A DNA stretch of 64,000 nt, taken from contig CAXXJS010000020.1 of NCBI GenBank assembly GCA_963662665.2, positions 1-64,000 of the forward strand, given 5' to 3'. Origin of the DNA: Candidatus Latescibacterota bacterium. GTDB taxonomy: Bacteria > Latescibacterota > UBA2968 > GCA-2709665. Positions 1 through 10,520 of this stretch are shown one piece after another. Every line of letters starts with the position of its first letter. Within the stretch, counting starts at the first letter, position 1. The notes below the pieces were generated by a model, which was not told where the DNA came from, did not search any database, and saw only the letters and a program-made list of their open reading frames with translations. The translations under genes and the position numbers were made by a program.

Positions 1-3
1 ATA

Positions 4-729
4 TCAGACCACCGGCTCCATGCCGATCCTCGCAAAACCCTCGGCATACCGGCAGTCGCTCATCCCGGCCATATGCTGCGCCTCGATGGCGCGGTACCGG
101 TTCAGGACGGTATAGACGTCCGGGAGAGGCGGCTGTGCCGCCAACTTCCTCAGTGCCTGAATCTTCTGCTCGAATACTGTAGAAATATCCACGTACAGGT
201 CCGGAACGAAACCCGAAACCGGCGACGTTCCCATCGTGGTTTCATAGCAGACCAGAAGCGGCCGGGGGCACGGTGTATTGCCGGACTTGATTCCCCCCGC
301 ATCGCAATAGGAACACGCCCACAGCACCGCCTGTGTGGTTTCCACGTGGTCGGGATGCATCACGTCGTTGATCCAGTGGCTCAGCACGAGGTCCGGTCTG
401 AACCTTCGAACGGCGTCCAGGAGTTGCAACCGTCGTTCAGGGCCCACCACCAGGGGACTGTCTCCGAAATCGAAACAATCGATGCCCGCACCAAGAATGC
501 CGGCGGCGGCCTCGAATTCCTTCCTTCGTATCGCCTTGACATCCTCCAGAGTCAGGTCCGGGTCCTCCGCCCACAATGCGGGCGATTCGCATCGCTCTCC
601 GTAAGTCAGATTGTGGACGTGTACCGTACCGCCCGCGTTGACAAATCGAATGATCGCACCTCCCGCGCGCGAACAAAAATCCGCCGCGTGGGCGCTGAAC
701 ACCAGCACTCGCATTCCTTCCCGGATCAT
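4..729 (-). CDS. PIG-L/LmbE family zinc hydrolase, 4-oxalomesaconate hydratase (GalB)-like
   Basis: VLVFSAHAADF..RAGGAI, TYGERCES..LW, AAAGILGA..FDFGD.PL, HPDH, DLYVDIS.VFEQK..AL; N-terminus resembles GalB as I remember it. Confidence 0.8.
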   Translation of the reverse strand: MIREGMRVLVFSAHAADFCSRAGGAIIRFVNAGGTVHVHNLTYGERCESPALWAEDPDLTLEDVKAIRRKEFEAAAGILGAGIDCFDFGDSPLVVGPERRLQLLDAVRRFRPDLVLSHWINDVMHPDHVETTQAVLWACSYCDAGGIKSGNTPCPRPLLVCYETTMGTSPVSGFVPDLYVDISTVFEQKIQALRKLAAQPPLPDVYTVLNRYRAIEAQHMAGMSDCRYAEGFARIGMEPVV

Positions 730-809
730 ACCATTCTCCCCTGGAAGCTGTCTTCAATCCCAAAACGTTCTTCGCGCCTGCCCGCAGCCGCCGGCGAGCC
801 AGGCGGCTG

Positions 810-1562
810 TTACACGCTACAACCATACTCCGGCAACGATCCGTCGTCTTGCGGGATATAGCCCAGCATCTCCCTCGCGTTCGAGAGATCCCATTTCTTC
901 TCGCTTCCGCCCGACACACCGTAAAAGATGCCGAACTCGACGTGTTCCGCTTCGATGGACCTCCAGAGCAGCTGCGCCAGATCTCTCGGACTAAGCCAAC
1001 GGGAATACCCTGGCTCATATTGTAGTCCCGGGGTATCGTCCCCGTTGAAGTTCGCCACCCGAAGGCAGACCACACGTACTCCGCATCGTTCAGCATAAAA
1101 TCTGCCCAGGGCTTCTCCAAAGGCCTTTCCCGCGCCGTAAACGCCGTCCGGCCTTACCGGGCTCTCCGGAGTGGAGACAAGCCCTTCTTTCTCGTACAAT
1201 CCCGTAACGTGATTGGTACTTGCGAAGACGACCGCGGGCACTTCGTTTGTTCGCGCAGCCTCGAGGATATTGTACACGCCGGGATTGTCTATTTCGAGGG
1301 TCGCCTTCGCCACGTCTTCGGCGGTCATCCCGCGCCATCGCCGGATGGCGAGGTGCACGATGGCGTCCACGCCGGACGCGGCATCGACCATCGCCGTATG
1401 GTCCGCCACGCTGCCGAAGACCACCTGGTCGTCGGGACGCACGTCGTCCGGTACCGTCGAGTGCAGCAGGAGCCGAAAATCGTATCGTGCTCTCAGTCGG
1501 GACCTGATACAGGTCCCCAGCGACCCGGCCGCGCCGGTCAGGAGTATCTGTTTCTTTCCCAT
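810..1562 (-). CDS. NAD-dependent epimerase/dehydratase, uronate dehydrogenase (Udh)-like
   Basis: ILLTGAAGSLG Rossmann motif, FASTNHVTG, RPDGVYGAGKAFGE (YxxxK), WLSPRDL, YGVS, LGY.PQDD. Confidence 0.8.
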   Translation of the reverse strand: MGKKQILLTGAAGSLGTCIRSRLRARYDFRLLLHSTVPDDVRPDDQVVFGSVADHTAMVDAASGVDAIVHLAIRRWRGMTAEDVAKATLEIDNPGVYNILEAARTNEVPAVVFASTNHVTGLYEKEGLVSTPESPVRPDGVYGAGKAFGEALGRFYAERCGVRVVCLRVANFNGDDTPGLQYEPGYSRWLSPRDLAQLLWRSIEAEHVEFGIFYGVSGGSEKKWDLSNAREMLGYIPQDDGSLPEYGCSV

Positions 1563-1843
1563 AGCGCGGGCGGATCCTCCGGCGTGGAATTAACCTGGCA
1601 CACAGATCCCAACGGCTGACTCCTGGATTGCGGGGAGTTGATTGCCACGATCAAGCCCGCGCGAACGAGTGGTCGCGGAAGGAGCGTCAGGTCGGACAGC
1701 GAGGAAACGAATCCTGAAGATAGCGTCTCCCAGCCGCGGACGCAATACCCATCCGCCCGGCCGCGACGCGACCGTTGTAAAGTGTTTCCTTTATGTATAT
1801 CTTCAATCCGCCTGGCGATCCCCTGAATGACTGTGGAGGCAAC

Positions 1844-2608
1844 GTGACGCCAATCGACGTCCGATGGATTCTCAATATCACCCGGAAAGCGGGAGAAATC
1901 GCGCTGTCCCATTTCGGCAGGACAAAAGGCAGGCTCAAGGCCGACAATTCCTGGGTGACCCAGGCGGACCTGGACGTTGAGTCCTATCTCAGGAAAGAGC
2001 TCGATTCCGCGCGCCCGAACGATGCCGTGCTTGGCGAAGAGGGCGACGATCCACCGCCGACGTCACCCGTCGTATGGGCCATCGATCCGATCGACGGAAC
2101 GCGGGCATTCAACCATGGTCTGCCCGTCTGGGGCGTCTCCATAGGCCTGTTTGAAAACGGCGAGCCAACCATGGGCGCGTTCTTTCTTCCGGTCCTCGGA
2201 GACGTCTACTACACGGACGGCGCTTCCGCCTTCTGCAACGGGCGAGCGCTCATCCCCCGGACGCCGGCACTGGACGACAACGCCCTGCTGCTTGTCAGTG
2301 AGGGCGCATTCAAACGTCTCAGGATCGACTTCCCGGGCAAAACCCTCAGTCTCGGGTCCGCAGCCGCGCATCTGTGTTACGTTGCCAGCGGCTCCGCGGT
2401 GGGCGCGTTCGACTATGCTTCAGTATGGGACTACGCCGCAGGCGCAGCTATCCTGAAAGTGCTGGGTATGCGACTGCGGTACCTTTCGGGCAGGACCGTG
2501 GACTTCGAGGAATTGTTCCGGCTGAAAACGGCGCCGGAACCCACCCTGGCGGCGCCGGATATCCACTTCGGCGCCCTGCAATATGCATTCCGGTCCGAAG
2601 ACAGATAG
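1844..2608 (+). CDS. Inositol monophosphatase family protein
   Basis: VTQAD, LGEE, WAIDPIDGT, WDYAAG motifs; GTG start at 1844 after GGAGG. Confidence 0.9.
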   Translation: MTPIDVRWILNITRKAGEIALSHFGRTKGRLKADNSWVTQADLDVESYLRKELDSARPNDAVLGEEGDDPPPTSPVVWAIDPIDGTRAFNHGLPVWGVSIGLFENGEPTMGAFFLPVLGDVYYTDGASAFCNGRALIPRTPALDDNALLLVSEGAFKRLRIDFPGKTLSLGSAAAHLCYVASGSAVGAFDYASVWDYAAGAAILKVLGMRLRYLSGRTVDFEELFRLKTAPEPTLAAPDIHFGALQYAFRSEDR

Positions 2609-2710
2609 CCTGCGCCTGAAGAGGCGCCTGGCGGAACTTCCGGCGGTTGCATTGACCGGACGTAGCAGGTCGGAGTCGGGACCTGAATTCATCACCGGAC
2701 ATATGGGATC

Positions 2711-3469
2711 CTAATCCGATAACCCGTAGATTCTCGCGAGATTTTCGCCAAAAATCTGCCGCTCCGCAGCCCTCCCCAGTTCCAGCCGCTGGATCGCCCG
2801 CTTCACCTGGATGGGCCTGTATTCCGGCAAGTTGGAACCGAAGACCACCCGCTCCGGCCCCAACGTCTCCACCGCCGTCCCGACTTCCACCGGTACGGTC
2901 TCCTCCGGGTTATCCGCCCACCGTTTGTGGAACCGCAAAACGGTAGTACCCATGTACACGTTCTCGTGTTGCAGGCACACCGCCATTGCCGCATCGAAAT
3001 GGTCCGGAAAACCCATATGGTCAAGTATCACCGCCGCGTCGGGAATGCGCCCCGCGATCGCGGCGGCCCGGTCCGCGCTGCAGTTTTCCACGCCGGTATG
3101 TATCGATACAACGATGCCCAACTCCTGTGCGGCATCCACGAACGGAAATACCATGGGATCGTCTACCTCGAACCGGTGGATTGCGCCCATGAGTTTCATC
3201 CCCATGGCCCCCCGAGACGCGTAGTCTCTCAATTTCGCGATCCCTTCCACCCCCCAATGCGGATTCATCATCACGCACGGCAGCAGATTCGGATGCGCCG
3301 CTGTCCGTTCCAGCAGCCCGTCGTTGTCCGGCTCCTCCTTCGCGTCCGGCATGACCACCGCCATATCCATTCCCGCTTCCGCCTCGCACTCCAGCAGCGC
3401 CGCAACGGACATGGGGCGCCCGTACCAATCTTCTGCCAGATAGGCCTCGAAGTCACCAGTTATTGCCAT
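2711..3469 (-). CDS. Amidohydrolase_2 family metallohydrolase
   Basis: GMKL, SIHTG, ILDHMG, ERVVFGSNLP, IFGENLARIYGL; ATG at 3469 after AGGAGG. Confidence 0.8.
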   Translation of the reverse strand: MAITGDFEAYLAEDWYGRPMSVAALLECEAEAGMDMAVVMPDAKEEPDNDGLLERTAAHPNLLPCVMMNPHWGVEGIAKLRDYASRGAMGMKLMGAIHRFEVDDPMVFPFVDAAQELGIVVSIHTGVENCSADRAAAIAGRIPDAAVILDHMGFPDHFDAAMAVCLQHENVYMGTTVLRFHKRWADNPEETVPVEVGTAVETLGPERVVFGSNLPEYRPIQVKRAIQRLELGRAAERQIFGENLARIYGLSD

Positions 3470-3518
3470 CACTTGACCTCCTTTAGAACGTAAGCGTTCC
3501 ATCGCAGGTGGCGGGCAC

Positions 3519-4316
3519 TCAGCCCAACTGCAGCGCCCGCCACCGGTCGTACGCCGGGCGCATCCGTTCCGGCAGGAATCCGCGCACATTGTCCGCGAGC
3601 ATCCATTTCACGCGCCCGTCCGTCTCTTCCGGCTCTTCATCGTCAACGTGTTTGTTCCAACTCCCCGCGAGCGTCAATCGTTCGGGCTTCGTATTGTAAA
3701 TTCCCCGATGGACCGCATTGCCGCTCCAGAAAATTGTCTGTCCCGCCTTCAGGTGCATCACTTCCTGCGTCGAAATGTCGGCGTGCCGATTCTTCAACAG
3801 ACGATCCCGCTCCTCGTCCGTCCTGTAACGTCTGTGGCTGCCCGGTACCAGTTGCAGGCAGGAATCGTCGACCAGCGCCAGGTGCCACTTCAACGACACG
3901 ATCGGACGGTTGAGTATTTCCATTTCCACCTCGTAGGACCCGTCCCGCTCGTTGCCGCCGAAATCCCGGTGCCACCCACCGCTCCAGTCCACCTGGTCCG
4001 GTGATGTGAAAATCAGCACGCCACCCAGACGCAAATCGGCGCCAATAAGCGGCTCTACGTATTGCATAACCGGACGAGACATCAGGTACTCCGAAAAAAC
4101 AGGTTCGTTGAATTCGGGCGCGAACAACCCCCTTATCGCCCACGGCTCTCCTTCCGGAGTCCGGTGCGTATAGATATCCACCTCCCGGGTACGCGTTTTC
4201 GCCTTCACCCGCCGCGTCGCTTCCAGAAGCGGTTCCAGCATTGCCGGATCGACAGCATCATCCGCAATGAAATAGCCCTGTGTACGGTACTGTTCTCTGG
4301 CCTCTTCCAAGTCCAT
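3519..4316 (-). CDS. Phytanoyl-CoA dioxygenase (PhyH) family Fe(II)/2-oxoglutarate oxygenase
   Basis: QGYF, WHRD (HxD), LQLVPGSHRR, LKAGQ...VHRG; start inferred from GGAGG at 4326-4330. Confidence 0.85.
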   Translation of the reverse strand: MDLEEAREQYRTQGYFIADDAVDPAMLEPLLEATRRVKAKTRTREVDIYTHRTPEGEPWAIRGLFAPEFNEPVFSEYLMSRPVMQYVEPLIGADLRLGGVLIFTSPDQVDWSGGWHRDFGGNERDGSYEVEMEILNRPIVSLKWHLALVDDSCLQLVPGSHRRYRTDEERDRLLKNRHADISTQEVMHLKAGQTIFWSGNAVHRGIYNTKPERLTLAGSWNKHVDDEEPEETDGRVKWMLADNVRGFLPERMRPAYDRWRALQLG

Positions 4317-4387
4317 GATACTCATCCTCCATAATTGACCTGTGACATTAATCCGGATGGATTTATAACGCGAAACCCACGGGGGTG

Positions 4388-7300
4388 TCACCATTCCTTC
4401 TTCCAGAATATCCCGAGTGAACTCCGATCCCGTTCCCGCTCGTTTCCCTCCCGCTGCTGCGCTTCCAGCGTGACGTTCGGCAACAGCTCATATTCGACCA
4501 CGACCTCCCTCCCCCTCGCCTCGGAAACGTCCTGCGCGTAGCTTACAAAGAACCGGGATCCGAAATACTTACCCGCCCGGACCCGGGTTGCGGAATCCCC
4601 CAAGCCCAGGTCAATCTCCACGACGTCAAGGTTCAGTCGCCGGCCGATGGTGCGTTTCAGCTGGTTCGCCGCAACGCCAAGAACAAGCACTGCGGCCTGA
4701 CCCTCCAGCCGGCTCCCTGCCCCGCCTTCCCCGCTCATCAACCCGGACACATCGTCGGCCGGCCTGCCGATCAACAGGTACGAAAGGATGTCCGCTTCGT
4801 CGAGGGGCGGGGTTGTATCGCTTTCGAGGGAAATATTGGGTTCCGTGAGCGTACCGCCCACAACGACGCTGATAACCGCGTTCTCGTTGGAAACCAATCT
4901 GATTCTGCGTGTCGCTATAATGTAGAGATCCGGGTTTATGTCTGTCCTGCCGCGGAAGCTGATCTCTCCACGATCGATCGCAAAGCTCGTATTCTGAAAC
5001 TCGTACCTGCCCTGTCTGCTATCGAGAGAACCATAAAGCCTGATACCCTCCCTGTCCTTAACCAGATCCACGTCCCCTGAAATCTCTACATTCAACTCCC
5101 GGTCGCGGATCCAGACGTTTCGAGAAGCCGAGACCCGGACATCGGAGACCAGATTCTGAAAGAGCGGCGACGACATCCAGACAACATCCGTTGGGTATTC
5201 GATAAAATCGGACAGCCTGAGAACCGCGCGGGTCAACGCCACCCTGCCATCCAGATGCCCCGCCTCGAGGTCCCCCGTCAGTTGAAGGTCGGCATTGAGG
5301 GTGGCCTTGATTGAGGCCAGGTCGACCGCCTCGAACTCGTTCGCATTCAACTTGAGGTCATACCGTTCCAGGCCGAACCCGTCCATTGCAACCTCGCCCT
5401 TCAGAGTAACTCTTGTTTTCTTCCTGCCGGTTTCGAAGCGCTCGAGCACGATCCGGTTCCCGTCAAACTTGAGATCCGCTTCCACCTCTTCGAAGTTCGT
5501 ATTCAAGGGCACGATCCGGGCCTTTCCGTCGCGCAGCGTTAACCATCCGCGTTTGAGAAGCCGATTCGGTGTCCCTTTCACCGTCAGGTCGGCCGCCAAA
5601 GTACCCTGCGCGTCCTGAACCGCCGGGAATACGTGGGGAAGAAAGTTCAATTCAATTCCCGCTGATTTCAACGATATGTCAACGGGCCCCGGCGGAAACA
5701 GATCATCCAAACCGTCTGACGACAGATTCAGCGGAAACTGCCCATTCGCCGTAGCCTCCCGTCCTTGAGACTGCACCAGTTTCAGATCCATCGTCGCGCG
5801 CTTGTTCCAATATCCCAGAGTTCCCGATGCTTCTTTCAGACTGACGCCCGCAACGGCGCCATTGCGAAACGCCAACTCTGTTTTCACACGGGGGTCGTCG
5901 GGCGTGCCGGACAGCGCAATCGTGCCAGTAAGCATCCCGCTCAGTTCGCCTACCATCCGCAGAAAACCCGACCATATCTTTAAATCCACGTCGCTGAGAC
6001 TCACGACCACACCGTCCGCCTGGCCGCTGTGTCCATGCGCCTGAATCGCGCCGCCTTCCCCGACCAGGCGGAAACGCTCCACAAATACGCCCTCCTGGTG
6101 GCGATACGTTAATTGGGAGGCACCATCGCTGGACATAGACACGCCGCCCACGCCAATCGCGAGGGAGTCCAGTTCGAGGACGTACAAGGCGTCTGCCCAC
6201 GCCACGGCGCCCCTGACGTGGAGTTGATCGATTTCGTCCGGACGGCTCCCCAGGATAAAAGAAATCCTGTCTTGTTTCAGCCCCAGGTCCGCATACACGT
6301 CGTAGACCGTCCGTCCACTCCATACAAGAGAATCCGCGCGGACTAACAGATCCCCCCGTGACAGTTGCGGCCCCTTCATTCCGAGTTTAACCCCATGGAT
6401 CGGGACTCCCTTGTAATTCATGCTGTCTGCCAGCAGATCCGCCACGGCAAGGTGTTTCGTCCAGGTACCACGGATGCCTGCCGAAAATGAAGCGGGGGTT
6501 CCGGACAGCCCCGGACCGATGACACTGTCCAGTGCCTTGAAATTGTCGACCCGACCTTTCACGCGGACGTCCAGGCTGTCACCCGGGACGATCCAGCCGT
6601 TTCCTTCCACGCGCGCGCTCTTACCGGCCAGGAACAGCCGATCCACGATCGTCCGCCGACCCTGTTGCACCAGGCTCGCCCTTGCGCTATCCAGTTTTCC
6701 GCCAAGAAACCGCGACGCTCTAACCATCACGTCCGCGGTGGCCTGCGCCGAATCCGGATGTAATCCCTTCCCCGCGAGTCCAATCTGAAGCGACACGTCT
6801 TCCAGGACGCCCGAGCGGCCCAGGAGCCGATCCACCGCCATGCCATCCACCCGCATACCCGCAATATAGGCGGGTTGCTTCCCATCGGGGTCCCAGAACC
6901 GTCCAAGATCGATCCGACCGTGTCCCCTGACCACGCCGTATCCACCTGACAGCCGTACCCCTATACTATCAAGACTGACGATACCCTCCCGGAACGACCC
7001 TCGGAGGGCGAGTCCTGTTGCTACAGACAAACCCTCGATTCTGGCGACGTCGAAAACTACGCCGCCGCGCCACATTCCGGCATCCACCCGCCGTAGCTGA
7101 ATTACGCCGGTCAGATCAGTCACCGGAGCGCGGGCCCCGGGAAGTGCGGACAGGTCGAGGCGATTGACCCGTGCGCTGAGTTCGTATAGCGGCTCAGTTT
7201 CCGTCAGTTCGACTGCCAGTTTTGTATTGACACGTCCGGCAGGCCCCTGCGCGGAGAGGTCCATTCCAACCATGCCGTTTCTGAGCGACGCAATCAGATT

Positions 7301-8419
7301 CGCCGTATCGACGACCACGCCCGAGAGAATGGCGCGTGAAATTCCCGCACTGACGGACGTTTCGGCAGTGAACGAATTCAGGCCACGTCCCCAAAGTCGA
7401 ACTGCCGCGTCAAATCGCGCGTCGAGTCCAAACCTGGGGGCGATTCGCATCAGGTCAATTCCTGTCGCGGTCGCACGGAGATCATAGCCGACGTCGGTCT
7501 GCGAAAAATCGACGTGACCTGAAAGATCGCAGACGGTTGACCCGTCGTCGAGTTTCAGGTCCACATTCGCACGGTTAACATCGCCCCACACCCTGCCGCC
7601 TGCGGCCAGGCTTCCCCGCGGATACGTTCCAGGAAGAATGCGGCCTAACTCGTCAAATGCGAGAGAATCCGCGCGCAACGTGAAATCATACGCGGGGCGC
7701 GACAGCCCCGTCATCGTCCCGTCGACCCGCATGCTGGACCCGGGCGTCTGCAGGTGAAACCTCTCAAGCGCCAGGCGTCCATCGGCAAGCAGGGTCAGCC
7801 CGGTGAGATCTCTGATCTTCAGAGGAGGATCGAAGACAAGGGACCGAAACCGGCGAAACTCCAGTTCGTATCCGGCAGGACCTGCCTGCAGCCCCATTTC
7901 CAGATTGAGGCTGTCAAGTCTGCCGCCGGCTTCTGCGCCGACCTGACCGTCGACGACCTCCGCGTGGCCGATGCGGATCATCCGTTTCGGGCTCTCCTTC
8001 CACCACGCAGGGTCGGAAGCGGGCCACATACCGGCGGCGGAATCCGCGGCGACCTTCCTTTTCGGGAGCCGGACCCTTGGGGCCTCCAGGACAAGTCTGT
8101 CCACAATCACCGATCCCCTGAGCAGTGACGTCAGCCGGTACCGTGCTAACACAGCTTCCACCGTCAGCAGTGGCTCGTGCTTCGCGCCGAGCCGCAGGCG
8201 TTCCATCCGGAACCCGTTCAGGGGATTGCCGTACAGTCGACCGATTTCCACTGCCATGCCCAGATCCCGGGCGAGCCGCTGCTGCACCCAGGCGCGCAGA
8301 TACGGGTTCGCCTGACCCGATGCCAGCGCGAGCAGGCCGAATCCGACGATCACAAACACGACGGAAGCGAGTACAACGCCTGTTTTAACGATGCGTCTCA
8401 CGAGATTCCTGTCTGGCAT
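4388..8419 (-). CDS. tamB: Translocation and assembly module TamB (AsmA-like, DUF490)
   Basis: 1343 aa, N-terminal TM anchor, beta-taco-like body, C-terminal GTLTEPNISLES..PLDEADILSYLLIGR and GKY..RFFVSY; follows an Omp85 gene. Confidence 0.88.
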   Translation of the reverse strand: MPDRNLVRRIVKTGVVLASVVFVIVGFGLLALASGQANPYLRAWVQQRLARDLGMAVEIGRLYGNPLNGFRMERLRLGAKHEPLLTVEAVLARYRLTSLLRGSVIVDRLVLEAPRVRLPKRKVAADSAAGMWPASDPAWWKESPKRMIRIGHAEVVDGQVGAEAGGRLDSLNLEMGLQAGPAGYELEFRRFRSLVFDPPLKIRDLTGLTLLADGRLALERFHLQTPGSSMRVDGTMTGLSRPAYDFTLRADSLAFDELGRILPGTYPRGSLAAGGRVWGDVNRANVDLKLDDGSTVCDLSGHVDFSQTDVGYDLRATATGIDLMRIAPRFGLDARFDAAVRLWGRGLNSFTAETSVSAGISRAILSGVVVDTANLIASLRNGMVGMDLSAQGPAGRVNTKLAVELTETEPLYELSARVNRLDLSALPGARAPVTDLTGVIQLRRVDAGMWRGGVVFDVARIEGLSVATGLALRGSFREGIVSLDSIGVRLSGGYGVVRGHGRIDLGRFWDPDGKQPAYIAGMRVDGMAVDRLLGRSGVLEDVSLQIGLAGKGLHPDSAQATADVMVRASRFLGGKLDSARASLVQQGRRTIVDRLFLAGKSARVEGNGWIVPGDSLDVRVKGRVDNFKALDSVIGPGLSGTPASFSAGIRGTWTKHLAVADLLADSMNYKGVPIHGVKLGMKGPQLSRGDLLVRADSLVWSGRTVYDVYADLGLKQDRISFILGSRPDEIDQLHVRGAVAWADALYVLELDSLAIGVGGVSMSSDGASQLTYRHQEGVFVERFRLVGEGGAIQAHGHSGQADGVVVSLSDVDLKIWSGFLRMVGELSGMLTGTIALSGTPDDPRVKTELAFRNGAVAGVSLKEASGTLGYWNKRATMDLKLVQSQGREATANGQFPLNLSSDGLDDLFPPGPVDISLKSAGIELNFLPHVFPAVQDAQGTLAADLTVKGTPNRLLKRGWLTLRDGKARIVPLNTNFEEVEADLKFDGNRIVLERFETGRKKTRVTLKGEVAMDGFGLERYDLKLNANEFEAVDLASIKATLNADLQLTGDLEAGHLDGRVALTRAVLRLSDFIEYPTDVVWMSSPLFQNLVSDVRVSASRNVWIRDRELNVEISGDVDLVKDREGIRLYGSLDSRQGRYEFQNTSFAIDRGEISFRGRTDINPDLYIIATRRIRLVSNENAVISVVVGGTLTEPNISLESDTTPPLDEADILSYLLIGRPADDVSGLMSGEGGAGSRLEGQAAVLVLGVAANQLKRTIGRRLNLDVVEIDLGLGDSATRVRAGKYFGSRFFVSYAQDVSEARGREVVVEYELLPNVTLEAQQREGNERERDRSSLGIFWKKEW

Positions 8420-8488
8420 GTAGCTTCTGCGGATGATTCCAGTACTGTGAAACCGACGTTTGACTTCATTCCCGCCTTCCGCGCCATT

Positions 8489-10318
8489 TCAAAATGCCTG
8501 ACCCAGGCTGAAATGGACCTGCCGTCCGGGCTGTGACGGATCGTCGGAGAAACGGAACGCAACGTCGAGACGCGCAGGGCAGATCGGGTTCAGATAACGC
8601 AATCCGACGCCGGCCGCCAGGCGTAGACGACCTGGATCGAAGGCGCCAAACCGGTCGGCTACCACGTTGCCCGCATCCGCGAATACGGCCATTCCCAGGC
8701 CGGAAAACAGACGGGTGCGAACTTCGGCGCTTCCTTCGAGATGGCTCAGGCCACCCGCCGGCAGGTCGGACGGATCGCGTGGACCAAGCCGGTTCAGTTT
8801 CCATCCGCGGACACTGCTGGCGCCGCCCGCGAAAAACCGCTCGAAATTGGGGATAGACGCCACGTGCCTCCGACTTAGAATCAACCCTCCCGTTACCCTC
8901 AGCGCCAGCACACTCTTCCAGAACATCCTTCTGTACCAGCGACACTCGCCCGACACTTTGAAAAAGTCTCTGTAACCCGACGCCTTTACCGCCAGTTCAG
9001 CCAACAGGCCACGGGTTGGATCGAAAAAATCGTCCCGTCTATCTTCCAGGTACTCAACCGAGAGCGTCGTACGGGTGCTGTCCAGCTCAAAATCAACAAC
9101 TTCGGTCCTCACCTGAAAAACGACCCGGCCGGTAGCCCGGAAAGTCCGTTCCAGCGCTGCGCTTGCCCCAGCCCGCTTCACACGGATCTCTTCGGGGCGT
9201 TCCTGCTCCACAAATCCCGTCATCTCCAGCCACGTCCGGCTTCCGAGAATATATGGCTGCCTGACGGTGATTTCTGCTCGCGCCTCCAGCGCCGACGCCG
9301 AAGATTCGACAGTCAGCTGGCGCGCGCCGCCGCCCAGAAAACTCCGGTGCCGCCATGCCAACAAGCCCCTTAACTGCTCTTCGGTATCGAAACCGGCACC
9401 CAGTTTCAGACTCCGGGCCGGTCGTTCCCGCACCAGAACGGACACATCCACGGGACTCGTACGGGCGACAGTGTCCGGCATGCCGAGCGATACCGAACGG
9501 AACGCCTCCGACCGATAGAGCTGAAGCCTGCTGTTCGAGAGGTCCTTCCTGCGGTAGGCATCTCCTGTCCTGAAGGTGAGGCCCCTCAGGATCAGATCGT
9601 CTGAAAACGTTCGATTTCCCGAGATTATTATCTTCCCGAACCGGCATTCCGGCCCTGGAGTCACCCGATACGTCACATCGGCGCCTCTGTCACTCACGGC
9701 CACGCCGGCGGCGACCTCGGCGAAGGCGTGCCCGTCGTTCTGAAGCATCTCGGCGATCTTTTCGAGGTCCGACTTCCGGCCCATCCGGGTCAATGGACGG
9801 GCCGGTCTGGTGACCAACGCATCCATCAGACGCGCGCTGTCCTGCCCGGTATCCGCCGGCAGGACCTCCAGCCGGACGTTGGAGACGACAACGGGCTTTC
9901 CTTCCTGTATCTGGATCCGAATGCGGACGAAACCGGGGCGGTACCGGTCGACAACCGTGTCCACGACAGCATCAAAATAGCCCTGGTCCCTGTAACGCGC
10001 CAGGATACGTTTGACATCCGACCGAAACACTGTCGGATCGAATTGCCGGACGTCTATGCCCGGAAAAATCTCGTACCACGGGTTCGCCCGGGTAAACATC
10101 AGGAGTTTGAGATCTCTGTCGGAAATCGCACGATTACCTTCAATCGCAACACCATCGACAATGACGGAATCCGCAGCCTGCGCGAAAAGGGCACGGGGAG
10201 TCACGAAAAAGACCACGATGAATACGGTTCTGAGGAGAATCAATTCTCTCCATCCTGTTCGGTCACTTATCAGAAAAATGTACTGCGGCACGGCGGAAAC
10301 CTTCTCGGCCGCCGGCAC
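8489..10318 (-). CDS. tamA: BamA/TamA family outer-membrane protein (POTRA domains plus Omp85 barrel)
   Basis: POTRA repeats (IEGNRAI, YRDQGYF, ISGNRTF), RFFAGGASSVRGW, FADAGNV, C-terminal FSLGQAF; exact start uncertain. Confidence 0.85.
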   Translation of the reverse strand: MPAAEKVSAVPQYIFLISDRTGWRELILLRTVFIVVFFVTPRALFAQAADSVIVDGVAIEGNRAISDRDLKLLMFTRANPWYEIFPGIDVRQFDPTVFRSDVKRILARYRDQGYFDAVVDTVVDRYRPGFVRIRIQIQEGKPVVVSNVRLEVLPADTGQDSARLMDALVTRPARPLTRMGRKSDLEKIAEMLQNDGHAFAEVAAGVAVSDRGADVTYRVTPGPECRFGKIIISGNRTFSDDLILRGLTFRTGDAYRRKDLSNSRLQLYRSEAFRSVSLGMPDTVARTSPVDVSVLVRERPARSLKLGAGFDTEEQLRGLLAWRHRSFLGGGARQLTVESSASALEARAEITVRQPYILGSRTWLEMTGFVEQERPEEIRVKRAGASAALERTFRATGRVVFQVRTEVVDFELDSTRTTLSVEYLEDRRDDFFDPTRGLLAELAVKASGYRDFFKVSGECRWYRRMFWKSVLALRVTGGLILSRRHVASIPNFERFFAGGASSVRGWKLNRLGPRDPSDLPAGGLSHLEGSAEVRTRLFSGLGMAVFADAGNVVADRFGAFDPGRLRLAAGVGLRYLNPICPARLDVAFRFSDDPSQPGRQVHFSLGQAF

Positions 10319-10466
10319 TCCCTTTGACGCCCGCCGATCCTGTCGGTTTCACCCCCGACGCCCCGTAGCGGAAGATATAGCTCCCGACCCCGGGCACAAG
10401 GGAATTCTATCAGGCCATTCGTTCATGTCGGCCTGAATGCCTTAACCGGCAGGATTGTGAACGGAA

Positions 10467-10499
10467 AGGCCCCTGATTCCGGACCGGAATCAGGGGCCT
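10467..10499 (-). terminator. Strong hairpin downstream of clpB, probable intrinsic terminator
   Basis: AGGCCCCTGATTCCG-GAC-CGGAATCAGGGGCCT, perfect inverted repeat about 20 nt after the clpB stop; short T tail. Confidence 0.65.
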
Positions 10500-10520
10500 G
10501 CGTCCGCCGGCGCGAATTAC

